From: Acidimicrobiales bacterium
GTDB taxonomy: Bacteria > Actinomycetota > Acidimicrobiia > Acidimicrobiales > JAVJTC01
Assembly (NCBI GenBank): GCA_040219085.1
Contig: JAVJTC010000009.1
Location: 164,539-228,538, forward strand
Direction: 5' to 3'
DNA: 64,000 nucleotides
Positions within the stretch are counted from its first letter, which is position 1, and the number at the start of each line of letters is the position of its first letter. The translations under genes were made by a program, and so were the position numbers. The notes under the pieces were generated by a model. The model did no database searches. It had not been told where the DNA came from and was given only the letters and a program-made list of their open reading frames with translations. Shown piece after piece: positions 55,521 through 63,567 of this stretch.

Positions 55521-56329
55521 GCATCCACCCCTGCCACGAGTGCGGCGAGGCCCGTCGCACCGCCGCCCGGGTCGGCGAGGTATGCGCTGATCCCGGCCAG
55601 GTCGGCGCCGTAGCAGCCCGGCACCTCGGTGGGCCGGGCGCCGCCGGGGGCCAGGACCACCGCGTCGACGTCGTGGGCGAACAGCAGCGGCCGCCCACCG
55701 GCGCGCACGCGGGCCTCGGAGCTGTCGACGATCTCCTCGACGGAGACGACGACGGTTCCCGACGCCCGGGCGAGCACGGCATCGGCGTCGTGGAGGAAGT
55801 CGTCGTCCGCGCCGACCACCAGACCGTCGGCGGTCGCGGCCCGTGCGTGCAGGAGCGTCACGTCCGGGCGGATCGCGGGGACCGCCCATACGGCCTCACC
55901 TGTGTAGGGGCAGGCGACGGTCTCGATCCCGAGGTCGGCGCTCACATCGGAGCCGGCCGCTCCCCGGCTGGGCCAGAACGGGAGGCCCGCTCCGGCGGCG
56001 CGCAGGCCGCCGACGATGTGGGTCTCGCTGACGAAGCGCGCCGTCACCGACCCGCCGGACACGGACGCCTGCCACGCGGGGGCGAAGCCGAGTTGTTCGA
56101 ATCCGACGTAGCCGGTGGTGGCCGAGCGCACGCAGCCCGCCGCGACGAGGTACTCGACGTCGACCGAGCCGAGGAACGCGACGAGGTCGAGGTCGCTGCG
56201 TCCTGCCTCCGCCAGCGCCGCGACGAGCGCCATGGGCTTGCGCCGCAGCAGGATCCCCCCGATACCGACGGACGCGCCGTCCGCCACCAGCGCCGCCGCC
56301 TCACCGAGTGGCACGACCTTGTCAGCCAT
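55517..56329 (-). CDS. Family-I CoA-transferase subunit-A-like protein (GctA/IpdA-like)
   Basis: MADKVVPLGEAAALVADGASVGIGGILLRRKPMALV... is a typical A-subunit N-terminus. 270 aa. Confidence 0.82.
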   Translation of the reverse strand: MADKVVPLGEAAALVADGASVGIGGILLRRKPMALVAALAEAGRSDLDLVAFLGSVDVEYLVAAGCVRSATTGYVGFEQLGFAPAWQASVSGGSVTARFVSETHIVGGLRAAGAGLPFWPSRGAAGSDVSADLGIETVACPYTGEAVWAVPAIRPDVTLLHARAATADGLVVGADDDFLHDADAVLARASGTVVVSVEEIVDSSEARVRAGGRPLLFAHDVDAVVLAPGGARPTEVPGCYGADLAGISAYLADPGGGATGLAALVAGVDA

Positions 56330-56753
56330 CGGCGTCGTCGGCCTTGCGCTTCGCGTACATGCCGGTCCGGAGCAGTTCGAGTTCCCGGTCGAGGTTCCCG
56401 CGGAGGAGGTCGTCGAGCATCGCCTTCACCTCGGGGCGGCGGGCGACATCGGTCCCCTGGAGCGCGGCGACGGCCACGAGATGCCCGCGGCGGGCGACCG
56501 CTATCTCCTCGCCGGACGCCGAGGGGTTCACCTCGTCCACGGCGGCGCCGGCGGCCGTCAGGACCTCACGGGCCGCGGCGATGTCGGCCAGCATCGGCTC
56601 GCGCCGCCACTCGACGCGCGTGGCCAGGTTGTTGACGAGCTCGACCGCGGCCATCACCTGGGACTTCGCGTAAGGGTCCGCCACGTGGGGGGCCACGTCC
56701 TCTGAGAGCGAACGGGCGATGCCCTCGAAGATCCGGTCGAGTGAGTTCTGCAC
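56322..56753 (-). CDS. Small helical protein of unknown function, similar to the C-terminal tail of the fusion protein
   Basis: 143 aa from the GTG at 56753, with GAGGA 5-9 nt upstream. GIARSLSEDVAPHVADPYAKSQVMAAVELVNNLA aligns by eye with GVAEFLRAEVAGHLEDRRSDRMVRIAGPLLESAA of the fusion tail. Confidence 0.65.
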   Translation of the reverse strand: MQNSLDRIFEGIARSLSEDVAPHVADPYAKSQVMAAVELVNNLATRVEWRREPMLADIAAAREVLTAAGAAVDEVNPSASGEEIAVARRGHLVAVAALQGTDVARRPEVKAMLDDLLRGNLDRELELLRTGMYAKRKADDADG

Positions 56754-56763
56754 GTTGGTCCTC

Positions 56764-57807
56764 TCAGATCCCGAGTTCTGTGGCCAGGGTGCGCAGCACA
56801 TAGTTCACCTGGTGCCCCATCGCGGCGAGGCGCAGGTCGTCGAACGTCCCGTCCTCGTAGACCGCGGCCGCCCGCAGGTGCGGTACGGCGGCCTGGATGT
56901 GGTTGGCGACGGTCCACCAGTCGAAGACCGCGGGGTCCACGGCGTGACCACTGTGCTTCTCGTAGGTGGCGAGGAAGTCATCCCGCTCGAGCATGTGCGA
57001 GAAGAGGGGCGACCGACCACGGAACAGCGGCAGCCCCGCGTAGGCGAGGTCGGCGACCGGGTCCCCGATGCGGCTGAGTTCCCAGTCGAACACGGCGACC
57101 ACCCGCCCGTCGCGCACCATGAAGTTCCCGATCCGGTAGTCGCCGTGGACGAGGGTGACCCGGCCCGACAGCGTCATCGACTCACGGCACCAGGCGAACG
57201 CCTCACGCACCAGCGGGACCTCCACGAGCGCGCTCGCCACGTACATCTCCTCGAGGTCGTCCAAGAAGGCGGCGGTCGCTGCCGCGCAGTCGACACCGAG
57301 GTCACCTCCGGGGGCGAGGAACCCGAGGTCGGCCGTGACGGGGTCGATCGCGTGGATGCGTGCGAGGACCGCAACGAAGTCCTCCCCGAGCGCGCGCCGC
57401 GCCTCGGGGGTGGGGAACCACTGCGGATCCTTCCCGCTCCACTGGGCGGGCACACCACCCTCGACGCGTTCCATCACGTAGAAGGGCATGCCCAGGATCG
57501 ACGTGTCCGTCTCGAGGGCGACGAGGCCGGCCATGGGCACGTCGGAATGGTCGACCACCGCCCGGTGCAGGCGGTACTGACCCTCGATGTCGTAGGGCGC
57601 GAGCAGACCGTCCTCCGGTTCTCGCCGCACCGCGTAGCCGGCTGTCCCGCCCGGCCAGGTGACCGTCATCGTCCACGTCTGCCACGACCACCCCTCGGCG
57701 TGGCGGCGCACGTCGGTGAGTTCCACCGCCTCGGTGGCAGCGCCGTGCAGCGACGCGAACCACTGCGTGAGCGCCGCGACGACCTCGTTGTTGGACGGGA
57801 CGCTCAC
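56764..57807 (-). CDS. APH/choline-kinase-fold phosphotransferase-family protein
   Basis: Canonical LVHGDYRIGNFMV (HxDxxxxN) and FDWELSRIGDPVADLAY motifs. The GTG start overlaps the upstream stop as GTGA. Confidence 0.88.
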   Translation of the reverse strand: MSVPSNNEVVAALTQWFASLHGAATEAVELTDVRRHAEGWSWQTWTMTVTWPGGTAGYAVRREPEDGLLAPYDIEGQYRLHRAVVDHSDVPMAGLVALETDTSILGMPFYVMERVEGGVPAQWSGKDPQWFPTPEARRALGEDFVAVLARIHAIDPVTADLGFLAPGGDLGVDCAAATAAFLDDLEEMYVASALVEVPLVREAFAWCRESMTLSGRVTLVHGDYRIGNFMVRDGRVVAVFDWELSRIGDPVADLAYAGLPLFRGRSPLFSHMLERDDFLATYEKHSGHAVDPAVFDWWTVANHIQAAVPHLRAAAVYEDGTFDDLRLAAMGHQVNYVLRTLATELGI

Positions 57808-58811
57808 TGGCGACCCATGCGGTCGGCGATACCGGGGCCCTCGGCGTACTTGCCCACCTCGAGCAGGCCGTTGCCCGACTCACCGGATGTCTCGTCGGTG
57901 AAGCGACAGAAGATCACGCAGTCCTGATACACCATCGTCCGGTCGCCGCTGCGGGCGTTGAGGTAGAGCTTCGCCAGCGCATCGGACAGGTGCGCGGTGA
58001 TGACGTGGGTGTCCCCGGCGACGGTCGTCACCGTGTAACGCGCGTCACGCTCGAAGGAACCGAAGGGCTCCTCGGGGTCGTCGAGCCAGTAGGGGTCGTC
58101 CGCGACCACGTGGGAGACGGGTTCGTTTCCGGCGGCGCTGGAGACAAACCCACCGAACTTCTCGTCGGGGTAGAAGGCCTCGAGCATCGCCGAGCCCTGG
58201 ACGTAGCGGTCGGCGAAGTTGGCGCACAGCCAGTGGTGCCTACGGAAGCAGAAGTCGTTGCGCCAGCCCCATGAGTGGTCGCGCATCCCCAGTCCGCTGA
58301 TGGCGATGGTCTCACCCGCCCGTGCCCCCTTGCGAGGCGTGATCGTGCCCTCGAAGGCGAGCGACTGCTCGTAGTGGTTGAAGGGGAAGACCGACAGGCC
58401 GATGGGTCCCAGCGGCGAGGTGCCCGGCGGCTTCGGGCCGTCGGCGAAGTCGAACGGCTCGAATCGCCCGGTGAAGACGAGGTCCATGGCACCGTCTTCG
58501 CCCTCGTGGCGCAGGCTGAAGCGCTTCTTCGGTTCGAGCACCTCGAAGGTGGTGGAACCGTCGGTGACGGGGCGCATGTCGTCGAGCGTCGCACCGATCG
58601 GGTGGCGGTTCACCGAGCGGATCCGCACATCGGGGCCCTGGGCCTTCGCCGTGAAGATGCCCTCGCCGTCGGCGGGTCGCATCGAGAAGTGGAACATCAC
58701 AGCGACGGACTCGTCGAGGTCCAGACCCTCGATCACCCAGTTCTCCTTCCAGATCAGGTCGGAGACCGCGGGGACGGAATGGGGGTAGTCGGCGTCGGGG
58801 GCTACGGGCAT
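57804..58811 (-). CDS. Uncharacterised protein, RDHSWG-motif family (paralog A)
   Basis: 335 aa with ordinary composition. The motif GLGMRDHSWGWRNDF is shared with WHACRDHSWGLRSTM in the divergent gene at 58898..60022. Confidence 0.75.
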   Translation of the reverse strand: MPVAPDADYPHSVPAVSDLIWKENWVIEGLDLDESVAVMFHFSMRPADGEGIFTAKAQGPDVRIRSVNRHPIGATLDDMRPVTDGSTTFEVLEPKKRFSLRHEGEDGAMDLVFTGRFEPFDFADGPKPPGTSPLGPIGLSVFPFNHYEQSLAFEGTITPRKGARAGETIAISGLGMRDHSWGWRNDFCFRRHHWLCANFADRYVQGSAMLEAFYPDEKFGGFVSSAAGNEPVSHVVADDPYWLDDPEEPFGSFERDARYTVTTVAGDTHVITAHLSDALAKLYLNARSGDRTMVYQDCVIFCRFTDETSGESGNGLLEVGKYAEGPGIADRMGRQ

Positions 58812-58897
58812 CTCGGGGACTCCTGGGTGGTCCGGTGGCCTCGGCGTTTGCTAGTACACAACCACACGTCCGCCGTTCCGGGCGAAAAGGAGATTCG

Positions 58898-60022
58898 GTG
58901 CGACTGAACCGCTGGGACGACCTCCCCTTCCACCAGACCGCCGAGCCTCTCGGCCAGCCTCAGACATCTGACACCCATTTCAACGACGGTTACTACTTCT
59001 CGTTCTACAAGCCCGGGATCCACGTCTTCATGGGTCTGCGGCTGTCGCCGAATACGAACGTGATGGACGGATACGCCGGAATGGTGATCCATTCCCGGGG
59101 CGAGCAGCGCAACCAGCGGCTCAGCCGGGCCCTGCGTCCCCACTTCGACGTCCTGGAGCTCGGGCCCCTGTCGGTGGAGATCCTCGAGCCGATGCGGCGC
59201 CAGCGGATCGCGCTGACCAACTCCGACATCGGGCTGAACTTCGACGTGACGATCGTCGCGACCGGCGACCCTCACGTGGAGCACGGCCACCGTCAGTACC
59301 GGTACGGCAAGCTCCTCAACGACCTCATCCGCTACACCCAGACCGGACGTGCGTCGGGGCTGATGCGCATCGACGACGACCAGATCCTCGTCGACGGGTG
59401 GCACGCCTGCCGCGATCACAGCTGGGGTCTGCGTTCGACGATGGGCCCGTACATCCCGATCAAGGGGATCCCGGGGACCGACGACGCCGAGCCCGATCGG
59501 CGCGCCATCCGCATCTGGATCCCATTCGAGGTGGACGGCATGTCCGGGTTCTTCCACACCCACGAGGACGCGGCCGGCAGGACCCTCGACTTCGAGGGGC
59601 GCATCGACCCGGCGAAGGGTGACCCGATCCTGCTCGCTTCCTGCGAGCACGAGTTCGAGTACCACCCGGGCACGCGTCGGCTCAAGGGGGGCACGTTCAC
59701 CCTGATCGACCACGACGGGAACCGGCGCACGTTCACGTTCACGTCGGTGTGCTATCCCGCTCACCCCCAGGGGTTCGGCTACACCCGGGGTTGGAACGAC
59801 GGCGGCGGGCTCGGCGTATGGCGGGGCGAGGCGTACACCGAGCACGAACGCTTCAAGGTGGACGACAACCTCCACAAGGCCGCTCCCGAGCGCATCCCTG
59901 CCGATCGTCGCCTCGGCGGCACCGAGTTCGTGTGCGACCTGACCGGCCCCGGCGGCGAGAAGGGCATGGCCCACGTCGAGCACATGATCTACGGCGCCTA
60001 TGAGCCTTCCGGCTTCGAGTGA
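58898..60022 (+). CDS. Uncharacterised protein, RDHSWG-motif family (paralog B)
   Basis: 374 aa from the GTG at 58898, preceded by AAAGGAG. It shares the RDHSWG motif and an overall beta-rich character with paralog A. Confidence 0.75.
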   Translation: MRLNRWDDLPFHQTAEPLGQPQTSDTHFNDGYYFSFYKPGIHVFMGLRLSPNTNVMDGYAGMVIHSRGEQRNQRLSRALRPHFDVLELGPLSVEILEPMRRQRIALTNSDIGLNFDVTIVATGDPHVEHGHRQYRYGKLLNDLIRYTQTGRASGLMRIDDDQILVDGWHACRDHSWGLRSTMGPYIPIKGIPGTDDAEPDRRAIRIWIPFEVDGMSGFFHTHEDAAGRTLDFEGRIDPAKGDPILLASCEHEFEYHPGTRRLKGGTFTLIDHDGNRRTFTFTSVCYPAHPQGFGYTRGWNDGGGLGVWRGEAYTEHERFKVDDNLHKAAPERIPADRRLGGTEFVCDLTGPGGEKGMAHVEHMIYGAYEPSGFE

Positions 60023-60609
60023 GGGATGACGACCCCATGAGCGGCGACGCACCGATCATCCGCTACGACCACCTCGGCCTGGCCGTGCGCTCCATCGAAA
60101 AGGGCCTGGTGCTGTACCGCGACACCTTCGGCGGCGTGTTCGTCGCCGGCGGCGACGACATGCGTCTCGGGATGCGCACGGTCCAGCTGAAGTTGCCCGG
60201 CGACCTCAAGATCGAACTCCTCCAGCCGCTCGACGAGAACTCGCACATGGCGGCGTTCCTCGAACGTCACGGTGAGGGGTTCCACCACGCCACGGTCTTC
60301 GTCCCCGACGTCGAAGTCATGATCGAGAAGCTGACCGCCAACGGTTTCGAACTCGTCGACACGGACCTCTCGGCGGCGACGTGGCGGGAGACGTTCGTGC
60401 GCCCGAAGTCCGGGTTCGGGTGCCTGCTCCAGATCGTCGATTCCACCCTCGACTGGCTCAGCCCGCACCCGACGTGCACCCTCGAAGGGGTCCTCGCCGG
60501 CCAGTGGCGGTGGTGGGGGAACAGGACGTGGCACATCGACGACCTTCCCGACGACTACGACGAAACCCGCTCTGACGTGTACATGCCCAAGACGCCTCGG
60601 ACGGGGTGA
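60019..60609 (+). CDS. VOC-family protein resembling methylmalonyl-CoA epimerase, with a C-terminal extension of about 60 aa
   Basis: YDHLGLAVRSIEKGLVLYRDTFGG ... KIELLQPLDENSHMAAFLERHGEGFHHATVFVPDVE matches the MCE pattern by eye. The start is GTG 60019 (GTGA overlap) or ATG 60037. Confidence 0.75.
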   Translation: MRDDDPMSGDAPIIRYDHLGLAVRSIEKGLVLYRDTFGGVFVAGGDDMRLGMRTVQLKLPGDLKIELLQPLDENSHMAAFLERHGEGFHHATVFVPDVEVMIEKLTANGFELVDTDLSAATWRETFVRPKSGFGCLLQIVDSTLDWLSPHPTCTLEGVLAGQWRWWGNRTWHIDDLPDDYDETRSDVYMPKTPRTG

Positions 60610-60612
60610 ACG

Positions 60613-62217
60613 ATGACCGCGCCTGACAACGCCAGCCTCTACGACGGGGACTGGATCCTCTCGTCGGTTCTCGCCGACCGCGCGAACCGCCTCGGCGACC
60701 GGGTCTTCATCCACACCACCGACGCGACCATCACCTACGGGGGACTCGCTGAGCGCGCCGGACGTTTCGCTGCGGGCCTCGCAGCGCTCGGGGTCAGGCG
60801 CGGAGACCGCGTCGCGACGATGCTCGAACCCACTCCGGAGTACCTGACCACCTGGTTCGGCATCTCGTGGGCCGGTGCCGTCGACGTCCCCATCAACACC
60901 GAGTTCAAGGGGAGCTTCCTCGCCCACGTCCTGCGCGAGTCCGGTGCCGAGGTGCTCGTGATCGACGCCCGTTGGCTGGACCGCCTCGAGGTGTTCGACA
61001 TCGACACGTTGCGCGACGTCGTCGTCGTGGGCGAACCGCTCGACCCACCGGGACGTCTGAGGGGGCACCCGTTCGCGCAGGTTTCGGCGTCGGATCCGAT
61101 GTCGTCGCCGGTCTCACGGACCGAACGTGACCTCGTCTACATCATGTACACCTCGGGGACCACCGGCCCGTCCAAGGGCGTGATGCTCCCCAACCGCACC
61201 GCGCTGTTCAACGCCCGGTCGTGGATCGACATCCTCGAGCTCACCGACCGCGACGTCGCCTACTCGATGTTCCCCATCTTCCATGTGACGGCCCGATCCG
61301 CTGTCATCACGTCGACGATGTGGGCCGGCGGAAGCGTCGCCCTCCGCAACGGCTTCTCGCTGTCGGGTTTCTGGGACGACATCCGTTCCGCCGGCGCCAC
61401 CTGGTTCGGCTACATGGGCGCCATCATCCACCTGCTCCACGCGGCGGACCCCCGCCCCGACGACGCCGACAATCCGTGCCGCATCGCCTTCGGCGCCGCG
61501 GCCCCTCCGGGGATCATCGACTCCTTCGAGCAGAGATTCGCGATGGAGCTGATCGAGACGTACGGGTCGACCGAGCTCGGTCCGGCATCGGCGCCCACTC
61601 CGGGGACCTCCAAGCGGGGAACCATGGGCCGTGTCCTGCCGCAGTACGAGATCCAGATCCAGGACCCCGCCACCGGCGAGCCGGTGCCCGCGGGTGTCGA
61701 CGGCGAGATCTGCGCCCGTCCGCGCGAGCGGGGCGCACTGTTCGCCGGCTACTGGGAACGTCTGGACGCAACGGTGGACGCGTTCCGGGACCTGTGGTTC
61801 CACACCGGCGACCGCGGCCACCTCGACCACGAGGGCTACCTCGTGTTCGTGGACCGGCTGAAGGACTCGATGCGCCGCCGGGGCGAGAACATCTCCTCGT
61901 TCGAGGTGGAGCGTGCCGTCCAGGAACACCCGTCGGTTCTGGAGGCCGCGGCCTACGCGGTGCCGTCCGAGCTGACCGAGGACGAGGTGATGATCTCGGT
62001 CGTCGCCAAGCCGGACGCCGCCATCGACCCGACCGAGCTCTTCGAGTTCTGCGTTGCGCGGATCCCCCGTTTCGCGGTGCCGACGTACCTGCGCCTCACC
62101 GACGACCTGCCGAAGACCCCGAGCCAGCGCATCCAGAAGTTCAAGCTCCGGGAGCTCGGCGTGACCGACGACACGTTCGACCGACGCGAGCTGGGCGTCG
62201 AGGTACCGCGGTCGTGA
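60613..62217 (+). CDS. AMP-dependent acyl-CoA ligase (CaiC/FadD-like), paralog of the pair at 30271..33488
   Basis: MYTSGTTGPSKG, YGSTE, WFHTGDRG and PSQRIQKFKLRE motifs. It shares the P(E/R)(R/P)DDADNP(V/C)R motif with the two other ligases. Confidence 0.92.
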   Translation: MTAPDNASLYDGDWILSSVLADRANRLGDRVFIHTTDATITYGGLAERAGRFAAGLAALGVRRGDRVATMLEPTPEYLTTWFGISWAGAVDVPINTEFKGSFLAHVLRESGAEVLVIDARWLDRLEVFDIDTLRDVVVVGEPLDPPGRLRGHPFAQVSASDPMSSPVSRTERDLVYIMYTSGTTGPSKGVMLPNRTALFNARSWIDILELTDRDVAYSMFPIFHVTARSAVITSTMWAGGSVALRNGFSLSGFWDDIRSAGATWFGYMGAIIHLLHAADPRPDDADNPCRIAFGAAAPPGIIDSFEQRFAMELIETYGSTELGPASAPTPGTSKRGTMGRVLPQYEIQIQDPATGEPVPAGVDGEICARPRERGALFAGYWERLDATVDAFRDLWFHTGDRGHLDHEGYLVFVDRLKDSMRRRGENISSFEVERAVQEHPSVLEAAAYAVPSELTEDEVMISVVAKPDAAIDPTELFEFCVARIPRFAVPTYLRLTDDLPKTPSQRIQKFKLRELGVTDDTFDRRELGVEVPRS

Positions 62218-62294
62218 CAGACTGAGCTTCCGGGCCCAACACGCGGTTCCGGTTTCGAGGTTCCCCGCTGTTCCTGACCCCCGAGGAGCACCCG

Positions 62295-63566
62295 ATGACC
62301 GCCACCGGGCCGACCGATGGTTCCTTGCGGCGTGAGCTGACCCTGCGCGACGCGGTCGTGCTCGGTCTCGGGTCGATGATCGGCGCCGGGATCTTCGCCG
62401 CCTTCGGTCCGGCGGCGGAGGCCGCGGGGTCCTGGATGCTGCTGAGTCTCGTGATCGCCGGGTTCGTGGCGTTCTGCAACGCCACCTCGTCGGCGTCGTT
62501 GGCGGCTCTGTACCCCGAGAGCGGGGGCACCTACGTTTACGGCCGCCAGCGCCTCGGTGACCTGTGGGGGTATCTCGCAGGCTGGGCGTTCGTCGTCGGC
62601 AAGACGGCGAGCTGCGCGGCGATGGCGCTGACGTTCGGCACCTACGTTGCGCCCGATCACGCCCGCTGGCCCGCCGTCGCCGTCGCGGTCCTACTGACCG
62701 TCGTCAACCTGGCCGGAGTCCGCAAGACCGCCCAGTTGACGATGGCGATCGTTGCGGTGGTCGGTTCCGTGCTCGCGCTCGTCGTGGTCGCCGGCCTCGG
62801 TGGGGGCACCGCCGATGCGGACCGCATCACCGACACGGGGCTGGACTGGGGCGTGGTCGAGGGTGCGGGGATCCTGTTCTTCGCGTTCGCCGGCTACGCC
62901 CGGATCGCCACCCTCGGCGAGGAGGTCCATGACCCGGCCAGGACGATCCCCAGGGCGATCATCGGCGCTCTTCTGGCAGCGCTCGCGATCTACGCGGTCG
63001 TCGCCGTGACGGCGCTGCTCGCGGTGGGGTGGGAGGTCCTCGCGCGTTCGGATGCCCCCCTCGCCGCAGTGGCCGACGCGGGCGACCTCGACGCTCTCAC
63101 ACCGATCGTGCGCATCGGCGGCGGTGTCGCCGCGGCCGGTGTGCTCCTGTCGCTGCTGGCCGGTGTCACCCGGACGTCGTTCGCCATGGCACGCAACCGG
63201 CACCTCCCCACCCGGCTCGCGTCGGTCAGCGACCGCACCGGCATCCCGGACCTGGCACAGGCGCTCGTCGGGGTCGCGGTCGCCGTCGTGGTCGCCCTAG
63301 TGGACCTGCGTGAGGCCATCGGCTTCAGTTCATTCGGGGTGCTGCTCTACTACGCGCTCGCCAACGCGTCGGCGGTGACGCTCGGGCCTGGTGAACGGCG
63401 TTTCCCGTGGTGGTTGTCGGTGGCGGGCGTCGGCGGGTGCCTGCTGCTCGCGTTCTCCCTTCCGACGGCGTCGGTTGTCATCGGCTCATCCGTCGTCGGC
63501 GCGGGTGCGGTCGTGTGGTTCGTGACGACGCGCATCGTCGAACCGGTCCCTGTGCGAAGAGACTGA
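62295..63566 (+). CDS. APC-superfamily amino acid/polyamine permease
   Basis: 12-TM pattern, LGSMIGAGIF near the N-terminus and FAFAGYARIATLGEEV. Confidence 0.85.
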   Translation: MTATGPTDGSLRRELTLRDAVVLGLGSMIGAGIFAAFGPAAEAAGSWMLLSLVIAGFVAFCNATSSASLAALYPESGGTYVYGRQRLGDLWGYLAGWAFVVGKTASCAAMALTFGTYVAPDHARWPAVAVAVLLTVVNLAGVRKTAQLTMAIVAVVGSVLALVVVAGLGGGTADADRITDTGLDWGVVEGAGILFFAFAGYARIATLGEEVHDPARTIPRAIIGALLAALAIYAVVAVTALLAVGWEVLARSDAPLAAVADAGDLDALTPIVRIGGGVAAAGVLLSLLAGVTRTSFAMARNRHLPTRLASVSDRTGIPDLAQALVGVAVAVVVALVDLREAIGFSSFGVLLYYALANASAVTLGPGERRFPWWLSVAGVGGCLLLAFSLPTASVVIGSSVVGAGAVVWFVTTRIVEPVPVRRD

Positions 63567-63567
63567 C

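Noticed and set aside
55521-55889. N-terminal 123 aa of the 860-aa track ORF (53307..55889)
   Set aside because: The translation is Arg/Gly/Pro-rich (RRRSGGRRGRRLPPRRR...), lies entirely inside the CoA-transferase A-like gene in another frame, and precedes a well-placed ATG at 55520 with an ATGA overlap. It is treated as a high-GC read-through artefact.
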